Source: an uncultured Bacilli bacterium (GTDB lineage Bacteria > Bacillota_I > Bacilli_A > RF39 > UBA660). Taken from it: a DNA stretch of 64,000 nt. The stretch spans positions 8,359 through 72,358 of the forward strand of contig CANRCZ010000003.1 of the NCBI GenBank assembly GCA_947629265.1. The letters run 5' to 3'. The position numbers and the translations under genes were made by a program. The notes under the pieces are model-generated. The model was not told the DNA's origin. It saw only the letters and a program-made list of their open reading frames with translations, and did no database searches. This document shows positions 11,240-21,120 of this stretch, in pieces. Positions within the stretch are counted from its first letter, which is position 1. Every line of letters starts with the position of its first letter.

Positions 11240-12337
11240 TTAAACATTAAATCTAAATAAGCAGATATCGCCATCTTGCATTACGTATTCTTTGCCCTCG
11301 ATACGTAACTTTCCAGCTTCTTTTACTTTTAATTCATTACCATATTCTTTTAGATCATCATAGCTCATAACCTCAGCTTTAATAAATCCTCTTTCAAAAT
11401 CACTATGAATAATACCTGCACAACTTGGTGCTTTCATACCTCTTTTAAAAGTCCAAGCTTTAACCTCATCCTTACCAGTTGTAAAGAATGTCGCTAAACC
11501 TAAAAGTTTATATGTAGCTTTTATAAGTTTATCTAAACCACTTTCTTTAATACCTAAATCAGCTAAAAATTCCATTTTATCATCGTCGTTTAATTCACTT
11601 AATTCCGACTCTATTTTAGCACTGACGATAACGACCTCAGAATCTTCACCCTTAGCATATTCTATGACACGATCAACATATTCATTACCATTAACGATAT
11701 CCGTTTCATCCACATTAGCCATATATATTATCGGTTTAAGAGTTAAAAAATTAAAATTTTTGATTAACTTTAGCTCATCTTCTTTAAATTCTAACTTTCT
11801 AAGTGGTATATTTTTTTCTAAAGCCTCTTTTATTCTAGTTAATAAACCAGCCTCTAATTTAATATCTTTATCACCAGTCATCATAGCTTTTTTACCAATT
11901 CTATTTAATCTAGTATTAGTTACCTCTAAATCAGATAACATAAGTTCAACATTGATTATCTCAATATCTCTAATTGGATCGACACCACCCTCGACATGAA
12001 TTATATTATCATCTTCAAAACACCTTACTACCTCGACGATCGCATCAACCTCTCTAATATGGCTTAAAAATTGATTACCAAGTCCCTCACCTAAAGATGC
12101 TCCTTTAACTAAACCAGCGATATCAGTAAATTCATATGAGGTCGGTGTTAATTTATTTGGCATATATAAATCTTCTAGTAACTCCAAACGTCTATCAGGT
12201 ACTGTTACGGTACCGACATTAGGATCAATAGTTGCAAAAGGGTAATTAGCCGCTAATATATTTTTTTTCGTAATCGCATTAAATAGGGTTGATTTTCCAA
12301 CATTTGGTAATCCTACTATTCCTGCTGTTAAACTCAT
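11240..12337 (-). CDS. ychF: Ribosome-binding ATPase YchF (Obg-family GTPase)
   Basis: 365-aa ORF with a G1 motif (GIVGLPNVGKSTLFNAIT) and a C-terminal TGS domain. Confidence 0.9.
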   Translation of the reverse strand: MSLTAGIVGLPNVGKSTLFNAITKKNILAANYPFATIDPNVGTVTVPDRRLELLEDLYMPNKLTPTSYEFTDIAGLVKGASLGEGLGNQFLSHIREVDAIVEVVRCFEDDNIIHVEGGVDPIRDIEIINVELMLSDLEVTNTRLNRIGKKAMMTGDKDIKLEAGLLTRIKEALEKNIPLRKLEFKEDELKLIKNFNFLTLKPIIYMANVDETDIVNGNEYVDRVIEYAKGEDSEVVIVSAKIESELSELNDDDKMEFLADLGIKESGLDKLIKATYKLLGLATFFTTGKDEVKAWTFKRGMKAPSCAGIIHSDFERGFIKAEVMSYDDLKEYGNELKVKEAGKLRIEGKEYVMQDGDICLFRFNV

Positions 12338-12357
12338 AAAATCACTCTTTCTATATA

Positions 12358-13887
12358 TTAAATAGTTGTATAAGTACCAACACCAATTGGGAAATTAATT
12401 AAATACCATAAACAAATTAATAATAACCAGAAAATCATAACACATAAAATGATAGGTAACATAACTTTTAAAGTTCCAAAAATACTAACTTGTTTCTTCT
12501 CATCAACGCGGTATTTCTCTAAGAACGCTAACATAATTATGAAATAAACAAAGAATGGAGTTATAGATTTACCGATAGCATCCGCTACTTTATAAATGAA
12601 CAATGTAAAGTTTGGTGTTATATTAGCACGCATAAATAAAGGTACGATCGTTGGTGTTATCAATTGCCATTTAGTTATTACATCTGGTATAAAAATACTG
12701 ATTATAATAACGACAAAGAAGAAAACGATAATAAGGGGTAAACCTGATATTTGTAATGTGCTTACCATTTCCACTAACTTAGCCCCAATAACCTCACCGA
12801 TATTAGTCCAATTTATAATCGCTGTAAGTTGTGATATAAAGAACATAAGAACAAACATAAAACCTAAATTTTCAAAGTTCTTAGATAAACTCAAACTATA
12901 ATCGTTACTACTTTTGATATTTCCTGATATCTTACCATAGATGAAACCGCTTATCATCATAATCAATGCTAGAATGATAACAATTCCCTCTTTAAATGGT
13001 GAACCATCACCGAACAATTTAGCGACATATGTACTAGCATCGTGATTTAATAATAATCCAGCTCCTGGTAAGTCAATATCGATTATCATGTAGATTATAA
13101 ATAATACAAACAATAAACTTGATATTGTTGCACAAATAACACCTTTTTTAGAAATATTTAATTCTTGTTCTTCTTTAAGGGCTATTTGACGTTTTGGATA
13201 TTTAGGTAAAATAAACCTACCAATTAACATAGTTAAGAAATAAGTTAAAATAACTGTTGATGCAATCATTATATATATATTAGAATATAGACTATAAGTA
13301 TAAGATTTATCGACATCAAAGGAAGCTGATAATTGGGTTATATCACCTAATAAATAATCATTATAATTAAAAATAATTCCTGTTCCATATCCTAAAGTAA
13401 TACCTAAATAAACGGTTATAATACCGATAATAGGATTTTTATCTAAGTATTTATACGCTACACCGACAAACGGTAACAAAAATAAATAGCTGTAGTCACC
13501 TATTACGGTACTTATGATACCTATTAGTACAGTTACAAAGATAATAACGTTTAATTTAACTTTCTTAATAGGTGAAAAAACAGCATTAAGTAGACCACTT
13601 TTTTCACATATACCAATTCCAAGTAGTGATATAATAACTACTACTAATGGTAAAAAATTTTGAAAGTTACTAATAACATTACCTATTAAATATTTAATAC
13701 CACTTACACTGATAATATTTTTAACTGTTACTATATTATCTTCTAAGACACCATTATTTATGATTGTTTTACTAGCTTGAAAACCGACAAATTTTAAAAT
13801 AAAACTCAAAATAGCTATAACAACAGCTAGTACTATAATGGTGGACACGGGACCATGAGTACTATTTTTTTTCTTTTTATTTCTCAT
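12358..13887 (-). CDS. Polytopic integral membrane transporter; family uncertain (possibly AbgT/YfcC-like)
   Basis: 509-aa ORF with about 12 predicted hydrophobic helices. No diagnostic motif recognised. Confidence 0.55.
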   Translation of the reverse strand: MRNKKKKNSTHGPVSTIIVLAVVIAILSFILKFVGFQASKTIINNGVLEDNIVTVKNIISVSGIKYLIGNVISNFQNFLPLVVVIISLLGIGICEKSGLLNAVFSPIKKVKLNVIIFVTVLIGIISTVIGDYSYLFLLPFVGVAYKYLDKNPIIGIITVYLGITLGYGTGIIFNYNDYLLGDITQLSASFDVDKSYTYSLYSNIYIMIASTVILTYFLTMLIGRFILPKYPKRQIALKEEQELNISKKGVICATISSLLFVLFIIYMIIDIDLPGAGLLLNHDASTYVAKLFGDGSPFKEGIVIILALIMMISGFIYGKISGNIKSSNDYSLSLSKNFENLGFMFVLMFFISQLTAIINWTNIGEVIGAKLVEMVSTLQISGLPLIIVFFFVVIIISIFIPDVITKWQLITPTIVPLFMRANITPNFTLFIYKVADAIGKSITPFFVYFIIMLAFLEKYRVDEKKQVSIFGTLKVMLPIILCVMIFWLLLICLWYLINFPIGVGTYTTI

Positions 13888-13896
13888 TATATCCTC

Positions 13897-14079
13897 CTAT
13901 AATTTAATTACTTTTTTTATTTTTTTATTAAAATCAATTCTAGATAACATAATACACCTACCACATTTAACACATTTTATTTTTATATCAGCACCTATCC
14001 TTACAATAGCAAATTCATTAGTTCCACAAGGATGGTCTTTCTTCATCATGACGATGCTACCTAGTTTATAATCATGCAT
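13897..14079 (-). CDS. DUF951-family small protein (Bacillus YyzM-like)
   Basis: 60-aa ORF with Cys pairs (CGTNEF...CVKCGRC); its position next to ychF/parB matches Bacillus synteny. Confidence 0.5.
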   Translation of the reverse strand: MHDYKLGSIVMMKKDHPCGTNEFAIVRIGADIKIKCVKCGRCIMLSRIDFNKKIKKVIKL

Positions 14080-14887
14080 TATGGATCACTAGTTTGTTGT
14101 ATGGTATTTCGATATTATGTTTATCTAGTTCTAATTTAATCTCACGCCTTAATTTTCTAGCTACCTCAAGATGCCTCATTGGTTTAGTTTCAACTGAAAT
14201 TTGATATTCGATACCAGATGAATTCAAATTAGAAATACCTAGTAATGTTACCTCACTTTTAATGTATTCTAATTCATCAGTTAATCTTATGCATAATTGA
14301 TTTAAAATCTTTTCTACTTTTTCAATTTTCATCTCATAAGCTACCTCAAAAGATACTAATGCTAATGAAGACTCTAAACTATGATTTATAACTTGTGTTA
14401 TATTGTGATTAGCGATGATTAAAACCTCACCAGTATGTGACTTAATTTTAGTCGTTTTTAATCCTAAAGCGATAACCTCACCTTTAAAGTCATTGATAGT
14501 TACAACATCACCAACTGCATATTGATTTTCTAATGTAATAGAAGCTCCTTGTAAAATATCTTTTAAGATATCTTGGAAAGCTAAACCGATTACAGCACTG
14601 ACTAATCCTAATGAGGTAATTATACTACTTGTTTGAATACCAAATATTTGTAAAATAACGATTACATTGATAATAATTATCAAACATTTTGCAATATTGT
14701 TAATAAGTACCTCGATAGATCTAGATCTTCTTTTATCGATATATCTATTTTTTTTACGGAACACTTTTTTAGTAATTTTTTTAATTAATGTATAAACTAT
14801 GAAAGAAATTAATATAGAAAAAATCGGACCGATAATTTCTTTTATTAAAATTGGTTCGTAAATGTTTTTAAGATCAGTAAAAAACAT
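14072..14887 (-). CDS. Small-conductance mechanosensitive channel (MscS family)
   Basis: 271-aa ORF with an N-terminal TM region and an MscS-like pore-helix segment (GLVSAVIGLAFQDILKDILQG). Confidence 0.75.
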   Translation of the reverse strand: MFFTDLKNIYEPILIKEIIGPIFSILISFIVYTLIKKITKKVFRKKNRYIDKRRSRSIEVLINNIAKCLIIIINVIVILQIFGIQTSSIITSLGLVSAVIGLAFQDILKDILQGASITLENQYAVGDVVTINDFKGEVIALGLKTTKIKSHTGEVLIIANHNITQVINHSLESSLALVSFEVAYEMKIEKVEKILNQLCIRLTDELEYIKSEVTLLGISNLNSSGIEYQISVETKPMRHLEVARKLRREIKLELDKHNIEIPYNKLVIHNA

Positions 14888-14891
14888 TTTA

Positions 14892-15773
14892 TCACTCCTT
14901 TATGTTTAATACTTCTAAAATACGATTTAGATCAGCTACATTAGTAAATGATATGATTATTTTTTTATCTTTTATTTTTATTTTAGTATCTAATTTATCT
15001 CTTAACATATTTTCAACATAAGTATAATCGTTATTATCATTATGTTTAGGTTTGTTGATTTTGACTTTTTTTTCTAAGTTTTCATCGGAAGCGATATTTT
15101 CGATATCACGAACATTCATATTTTCATCGACGATTTTATTCGCTAATTCGATAATTTTATTATCATCTTCTAATTTACTTAATATTCTAGCATGTCCCAT
15201 CGTTATATCTTTACTGTTTACCATGTTTTGAACCTCTAATGGTAATCTTAATAAACCTAAGATATTAGTGATATGACTACGGCTTTTACCTACTTTTTTA
15301 GCTAATTCATCTTGGGTTAAATGTAGTTCATCTAACATTAATTTATAAGCTGAAGCTTCTTCGACAGCTGATAAGTTTTCTCTTTGTAAATTTTCAAGTA
15401 AAGCGATCTCCATCATCTGTTCATCGGAAAAATCTCTTATAATAGCTGGTATTTTAGTAAGTCCGGCTTTTTTAGCAGCGCGAAATCTTCTTTCACCAGC
15501 GATGATATAGTAACCTTTAATACTTTTTTTAATTAGGATTGGTTGAAAAACACCATGTTCTTTTATAGACTCGGTTAATTCATCCAAAGCTTCGTTATCA
15601 AAAGTTTTTCTAGGTTGATATGGATTTGGTCTTAATTCATCTAAGTCTATCTCAAATATTTCTTCGTTATTTATGTTATCGTAAATATTTTTTTCAAATG
15701 ACTCGATATCTAGGTTTTCGGTATTGAATAATTGTTCTAAACCTCGACCTAAAGCTCTTTTTTTATTCTCCAT
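14892..15773 (-). CDS. parB: Chromosome partitioning protein ParB/Spo0J
   Basis: 293-aa ORF with the ParB N-terminal box GERRFRAA and an HTH. Immediately downstream of parA, with overlapping ends. Confidence 0.9.
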   Translation of the reverse strand: MENKKRALGRGLEQLFNTENLDIESFEKNIYDNINNEEIFEIDLDELRPNPYQPRKTFDNEALDELTESIKEHGVFQPILIKKSIKGYYIIAGERRFRAAKKAGLTKIPAIIRDFSDEQMMEIALLENLQRENLSAVEEASAYKLMLDELHLTQDELAKKVGKSRSHITNILGLLRLPLEVQNMVNSKDITMGHARILSKLEDDNKIIELANKIVDENMNVRDIENIASDENLEKKVKINKPKHNDNNDYTYVENMLRDKLDTKIKIKDKKIIISFTNVADLNRILEVLNIKE

Positions 15774-16560
15774 TACGTTCGATCACTTCCTTAGCTAAGT
15801 TAAGATATGCTTCTGTTCCTCTACTTGTTGAATCGTATAGTATTATTGGTTTTCCATGACTTGGTGCTTCTGATAGTTTAACAAGTCTAGGTATTATTGT
15901 ATCGTATACTCTTTCTTTAAAGTAACTTTTTATTTCTTCTACTACCTCTAATCCTAAGTTTGTTCTAGCATCTAACATTGTAAGAAGAACGCCCTCGATA
16001 TCTAAGGTTGGATTTATGTCTTTTTGAGCTAGCATAATTGTACTTAATAGTTGCATTATTCCCTCTAGTGCAAAGAATTCACATTGTACAGGAATAATAA
16101 CTGAATCAGCAGCTGTTAAAGCGTTTATGGTAAGAATACCTAATGATGGTGGACAATCGATTATTATGTAATCGAATAGATCTTTCGCTGGTAGCAAGTG
16201 TTTTTTTAGTTGACCACCTGATTTAAATGATGGATCTAATTTTGATTTTTCAACTAATTCTGTATCGATACCAGCTAGGTTAATAGTAGCTGGTATAGCA
16301 TATAGATTTTTACTTTTAGTTTTGATTACTACGTCTGATAATTCAGCTCTATCATTTAACAAATCGTATACACTTAAATTATAATCACTTTTTGAAATAC
16401 CTACTCCTGTTGTTGAATTTCCTTGTGGATCTAGATCAACTAGTAGGACTTTCTTTTTTAGATATCCAAGTGATGCGGAAAGGTTAATACTGGTTGTTGT
16501 TTTACCTACGCCACCCTTTTGATTAACTAATGCTATAATTTTCCCCATATTCTTCACCAT
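15763..16560 (-). CDS. parA: Chromosome partitioning ATPase ParA/Soj
   Basis: 265-aa ORF with a deviant Walker A (KGGVGKTTTSINL). Confidence 0.9.
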   Translation of the reverse strand: MVKNMGKIIALVNQKGGVGKTTTSINLSASLGYLKKKVLLVDLDPQGNSTTGVGISKSDYNLSVYDLLNDRAELSDVVIKTKSKNLYAIPATINLAGIDTELVEKSKLDPSFKSGGQLKKHLLPAKDLFDYIIIDCPPSLGILTINALTAADSVIIPVQCEFFALEGIMQLLSTIMLAQKDINPTLDIEGVLLTMLDARTNLGLEVVEEIKSYFKERVYDTIIPRLVKLSEAPSHGKPIILYDSTSRGTEAYLNLAKEVIERNGE

Positions 16561-16671
16561 CTCTTTAATAATCTACTATCCATTTTATCATAAATAGTTA
16601 TAAAAATCTATCATTTTATGACAATTATTTTATGACATGAAATCATTGTTATAATAAAAAAAGAAGATAAT

Positions 16672-17559
16672 CTATAACTTTTCGATTTCTTCTATACTTA
16701 AGCCTGTGTTTCTAGATATAACGTCAAAAGGAATACCATCAGTTTTTAGATTTTTAGCGATTTCGTTGGCTTTTTTCAATTCTCCTTGATTTATTCCTTG
16801 TTCTAAGCCATCTTCTCGAGCTTCGATGATTAGAGTGTTTCTTTCCATTTCTTCACGACTATAATCTGTGTATAGTTCCACAATGTCTTTATCCCTACTC
16901 CTTTTCTCTATCTCTTCTACTAGTTTTCCTTTTGTTTCTTTTGACATTAGATCATCACCTATCGCTTCCTCTATTTCTTCTAAGCTTGTTGCAGTTAATA
17001 ATTTGCACAATCTCGCTTTCTTTTCTTCATCTTTAGTATAACACATTTTTATCCCTCTTACCATATCTACGGAGATTATTTCGATATTTTCACTTAATAT
17101 TTTTCCACTTTCGTTTCTTAAATAATATCTTGAACATATCTTTTCTTGTCCACAATCAAAATTATTTAAACCTATTTGAATGGTCTTATTAATCTGACTA
17201 TAGTTATTATCTCCTCTTTCTAATTGTCTAGAGTGTACATTACATAAGTATACTAAATTTCTCTCTTGTATTCCTCTAGAACTATTATTATTTAATTCGA
17301 TATTTATCATATCGCCATCGTAGTCTAACAATAAGTCTACTTGTTCTCTTCTTTCTTTTTTGTTATATAACTCCAATTCCCTAGTTTTGATTTTCAATCT
17401 TCCTGTTATTTTTTCTAGAGGAATATCTGTTATAATCGATATTAAACTTTCTAGTATGTCGACATTCTTTTCCCTATTTAAAATATCAGTAAATACGAAA
17501 TCAAATGTCATTGGCAGTAACTTTAATTCTTTTTTATTTATGGTATTAATATTTTTCAT
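16672..17559 (-). CDS. Rpn-family recombination-promoting nuclease / putative transposase (PD-(D/E)XK, YhgA-like)
   Basis: 295-aa ORF. Has the N-terminal conserved region of Rpn/transposase_31 proteins and a C-terminal repeat-like tail (EQGINQGELKK...). Confidence 0.7.
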   Translation of the reverse strand: MKNINTINKKELKLLPMTFDFVFTDILNREKNVDILESLISIITDIPLEKITGRLKIKTRELELYNKKERREQVDLLLDYDGDMINIELNNNSSRGIQERNLVYLCNVHSRQLERGDNNYSQINKTIQIGLNNFDCGQEKICSRYYLRNESGKILSENIEIISVDMVRGIKMCYTKDEEKKARLCKLLTATSLEEIEEAIGDDLMSKETKGKLVEEIEKRSRDKDIVELYTDYSREEMERNTLIIEAREDGLEQGINQGELKKANEIAKNLKTDGIPFDVISRNTGLSIEEIEKL

Positions 17560-17889
17560 AATACCCTCCTTTCTGAAACCATGATATAAAAATCAAAAAT
17601 ATTTTTCAAATTACAGTTTTTCGCATTTTTGTTTAAAAAAATCGGCCTAAACTCAATTTCTGCTTAAGCAGAAATTAACGTTTTTTTCAAATTTCTGAGC
17701 GATTTTTGAATTTCTGTAATTTTTAAAAAATCGTACGCCATTATTCGACAATCGCTAGTTTACCCTTTAATTTCAACATAAAACCATACTAAAAATTTTT
17801 TTTAAATTTTTATACAAAATTTCAGATTTATTAAGAAAATACCATTTTTCAACATATTTTGACCAACGTTTTTAAATGTAAATCATTGA

Positions 17890-18762
17890 TTATTGGGGTG
17901 GTAATATTAAATTCCATGCATCTTGTCCAAATTCATCGTGTACTTTGCCTGTAGTTTGAATACCAGATTTTAGAACAATGACGGGCCGGAACCCGAGTGG
18001 GTGATAGCTGTAGCAGTAGGAAGAACCACCTTTCGAAGTCGCGTAAAGCAAGCAAGAGTCACCGTTACCGAGATCAGTTCCAGTATAGGTAGTAGCAAAC
18101 CAATACTCTGATCCAGTTGTTCGTAATGAATTACTAGCAGGAGTAATAGCGTCAAACTCAGCTTTAGTCATAGCATATGCATGCTCTGCATATGTTGAAT
18201 TTAAATATTGGTCTTTGGCACGTGCATCTAAGTTAGCTATACTATCACTTGCCTTAGGTCCATGATAGTAACATTCAGGTTGGCCGGCGTGGACTAGATA
18301 AACTTTTCCACTTTGTTTTTTTAATACACGCCAACCTTTTAACGTTGTTTTTAAATTTTCGCTCGAACACCATTCTACACTTGAATTTTTACTCTGTCCA
18401 CTTTTATAACCACCAAATCCTACTTGTGCTGGAATATCAGCTGATGAACTCCATGTACCTGCATTATACGCTACATAATCCCCTACTTGTGCTTTTTCTG
18501 ATAAATCATATGGAACTTTTTTCTCTAAATCAGATACTTGCTTCTTTAAATCATCAATTTGTACTAATGATTTATTAATTACGTCATCTAAAGCAGCTTT
18601 TACAGTTGTAGTTTTTCCATCTTTTCCAGTATAGCTCACTCCTGCACTAGTATATTCATCTAGTCCTCTACTTACACCATTCATTAATGCTACTCCTATT
18701 AATAGTCCAAAAGCAAAGACAAATCTTTTTTTATCAAAAATTCTTGTTAATATTTTTTTCAT
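17890..18762 (-). CDS. Secreted/surface protein, paralogue 1 of a four-member family in this window (N-terminal signal/TM, coiled-coil, Cys-containing globular domain)
   Basis: 290-aa ORF. Motifs shared with 54715.., 55710.. and 63792..: DGVSY, AL D[DE]LIN[KT]SL, GDYV.Y.AG.W, FGGYKA.TSKN.SV, GWRVLKK, YLVHAGQPECYYH, GFRPV[IV]VLKSG, DEFGQ.AW[KN]L. Confidence 0.8.
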   Translation of the reverse strand: MKKILTRIFDKKRFVFAFGLLIGVALMNGVSRGLDEYTSAGVSYTGKDGKTTTVKAALDDVINKSLVQIDDLKKQVSDLEKKVPYDLSEKAQVGDYVAYNAGTWSSSADIPAQVGFGGYKSGQSKNSSVEWCSSENLKTTLKGWRVLKKQSGKVYLVHAGQPECYYHGPKASDSIANLDARAKDQYLNSTYAEHAYAMTKAEFDAITPASNSLRTTGSEYWFATTYTGTDLGNGDSCLLYATSKGGSSYCYSYHPLGFRPVIVLKSGIQTTGKVHDEFGQDAWNLILPPQ

Positions 18763-18909
18763 TTAATCACCTCTATTATTAAAATAAATATTACTATATC
18801 TAAATATTACCATTTAATTTGACAAAATAATTTTATTGTAACCATTTAGTTTCATGTTATTTTTTAAGGATAGCCTAACAGTTACAATTTAAATAAAAGG
18901 TGATTTTAG

Positions 18910-19116
18910 GTGTATCTAAAAAATTTAAAAAAGCTAAGGTTAGAGAACGAATACACTCAAGAATATATTGCGAAATATTTAAAAATAAATCGTGTCGTTT
19001 ATTCTAGATATGAAACTGGTGTTAGAGATATACCAGTAGACTTACTAATCCAACTATCAAAGCTTTACAACAAAAGTATAGATTATATTGTAGAAAACGA
19101 AAAAAAGTTAGACTAA
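18910..19116 (+). CDS. XRE-family (Cro/C1) HTH transcriptional regulator, divergent from family paralogue 1
   Basis: 68-aa ORF with an HTH (TQEYIAKYLKINRVVYSRYETG). GTG start with RBS aaaaggtga. Confidence 0.7.
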   Translation: MYLKNLKKLRLENEYTQEYIAKYLKINRVVYSRYETGVRDIPVDLLIQLSKLYNKSIDYIVENEKKLD

Positions 19117-21107
19117 TCATCTAACTCTTTAAGCTTGTCAATTAATTCATTCTTCTTCATAGAAGAATATCCTTTAATACCTTTTTCCTTTGCTAAATCC
19201 TTTAAATCAGCTATAGATAAATCATCGATACTAGCTTCCTTAAAATCAGACTCATCAATTTCACCATCATCATTAGGTAGACAACCATTATTAACTAAAT
19301 ACTTAATTTGTTCCTTAGTTAAAGTTTCTTTCTCTAATAACGCATTAGCAATTAAATCCAATAAATCCATATTTTCCTTAATTACCTTAGTAGCTTTTTT
19401 ATAACAATCATCAATAATAGAACGCATCTCTTGATCGATTTCAAAAGCTACCTGACTTGAGAAATTACGGCTTTTATTATAATCTCTACCTAAGAAGACA
19501 CTACCTTGTTGTTGCTCTAACTGCATAGGACCTAACTTACTCATACCATACTCAGTAACCATAGCACGAGCTATCTTAGTAGCTTGCTCAAAATCATTGT
19601 GAGCTCCCGTTGTTACCTCTTTAAAAATCAACTCTTCAGCGATACGACCACCAAGTAGACCACATATCGTTTCAAGTAACTCATTCTTAGTAGATAAGAA
19701 AGTTTCCTCCTTAGGTAACATTAAATTGTAACCACCAGCTTGCCCTCTTGGTATAATAGTTATCTTTTGAACCTCATTAGCGCCATCTAACTTAATACCT
19801 AAAACAGCATGACCAGCCTCATGATAAGCTACTACTTTCTTCTCATGTTCCGTATACTTACGACTTACCTTAGCTGGACCCATCAAAACACGATCATGAG
19901 CTTCATCGATCTCAGCCATCGTAATCGCTTTCTTACCACGTCTAACCGTAAGCAAAGCTGCCTCATTAAGTAAATTTTCAAGATCAGCACCACTAAAACC
20001 TACTGTTCTTTCAGCTATATTTTTTAAAGTGATACCCTCAGCAAAAGTCTTGTTTTTAGCATGAACCTCAAGTATTTCCTCACGACCTTTTTTATCAGGA
20101 AGAGATACCTGTACTTGCCTATCAAAACGTCCTGGACGTAGTAAAGCTGGATCTAAGACGTCAGGTCTATTAGTTGCAGCAATAATGATAATTCCCTCAT
20201 TAGCACCAAAACCATCCATCTCAGTTAATAATTGGTTAAGTGTTTGTTCTCTCTCATCATGACCACCACCGATACCAGAACCTCTTTGACGTCCAACAGC
20301 ATCGATCTCATCAATAAAGATCAAACATGGAGCACTATGCTTAGCTTGTTTAAACATATCACGAACACGGCTAGCTCCAACACCGACAAATAATTCAACA
20401 AAATCAGAACCACTTATATAATAAAATGGTACATTAGCTTCCCCAGCTACCGCTTTAGCTAATAAAGTTTTACCAGTTCCAGGAGGACCTACTAATAAAA
20501 CACCCTTAGGTATTCTAGCGCCCATCTTTTGGAACTTAGCAGGATTTTTAAGAAAATCAATTAACTCTTGAACTTCCTCTTTTTCCTCAGCTAAACCAGC
20601 TACATTCTTAAATGTTACTTTATCCTTATCTTCATTCAAACGAGCTCTACTTTTACCAAAATCCATTGACTTATTAGCATTACCCATTTGTTTATTTATA
20701 AAGAAGAAAGCTACCGCTACAATAATAACAAGTGGCAAAACATTCGCCAAAAATAACAAGATCGTACTTGATGATGGATCAGCTTTTGTATTGATCGTAA
20801 ACGATTTCAATCTACTAGCTGATAAAACTTGATTCATTACTTGATCAGATAAAGGAACTCTTAAAAAGAAACTCTCATTTTTATCATAATCACTAGTTTT
20901 ACCAACGATTTCATAAACACTAGCATTTGACTTAGGTGTAATAGTTATTTCCGTAACTTTTCCCTTATTTACTTGCGTCATAAATTCATCATAACTCAAA
21001 TAATTTACCTTAACATTCGCTAAATTGATAAAATATAAAATACCAATCATAATAACAAATATTAATAAATAAGGTGCTAAACCCCTTCTAACAGTTTTCT
21101 TATTCAT
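19113..21107 (-). CDS. ftsH: ATP-dependent zinc metalloprotease FtsH with a C-terminal Rho_N/SAP-like appendix
   Basis: 664-aa ORF with an AAA Walker A ([13 protein letters not shown]), an SRH motif and the HEAGHA zinc motif. The tail ...[31 protein letters not shown] resembles the Rho N-terminal domain. Confidence 0.95.
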   Translation of the reverse strand: MNKKTVRRGLAPYLLIFVIMIGILYFINLANVKVNYLSYDEFMTQVNKGKVTEITITPKSNASVYEIVGKTSDYDKNESFFLRVPLSDQVMNQVLSASRLKSFTINTKADPSSSTILLFLANVLPLVIIVAVAFFFINKQMGNANKSMDFGKSRARLNEDKDKVTFKNVAGLAEEKEEVQELIDFLKNPAKFQKMGARIPKGVLLVGPPGTGKTLLAKAVAGEANVPFYYISGSDFVELFVGVGASRVRDMFKQAKHSAPCLIFIDEIDAVGRQRGSGIGGGHDEREQTLNQLLTEMDGFGANEGIIIIAATNRPDVLDPALLRPGRFDRQVQVSLPDKKGREEILEVHAKNKTFAEGITLKNIAERTVGFSGADLENLLNEAALLTVRRGKKAITMAEIDEAHDRVLMGPAKVSRKYTEHEKKVVAYHEAGHAVLGIKLDGANEVQKITIIPRGQAGGYNLMLPKEETFLSTKNELLETICGLLGGRIAEELIFKEVTTGAHNDFEQATKIARAMVTEYGMSKLGPMQLEQQQGSVFLGRDYNKSRNFSSQVAFEIDQEMRSIIDDCYKKATKVIKENMDLLDLIANALLEKETLTKEQIKYLVNNGCLPNDDGEIDESDFKEASIDDLSIADLKDLAKEKGIKGYSSMKKNELIDKLKELDD

Positions 21108-21120
21108 TGACTTTCCTCCT

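Noticed and set aside
17659-17680. Palindrome TTTCTGCTTAAGCAGAAA followed by a T-run as a plus-strand rho-independent terminator
   Set aside because: No plus-strand gene lies upstream of it. It is more plausibly a binding site or repeat relic associated with the adjacent Rpn element, so it is mentioned in the findings instead.
17970-18155. 61-aa same-strand ORF inside surface paralogue 1
   Set aside because: It is an alternative-frame artefact within a GC-rich stretch of a well-supported gene.
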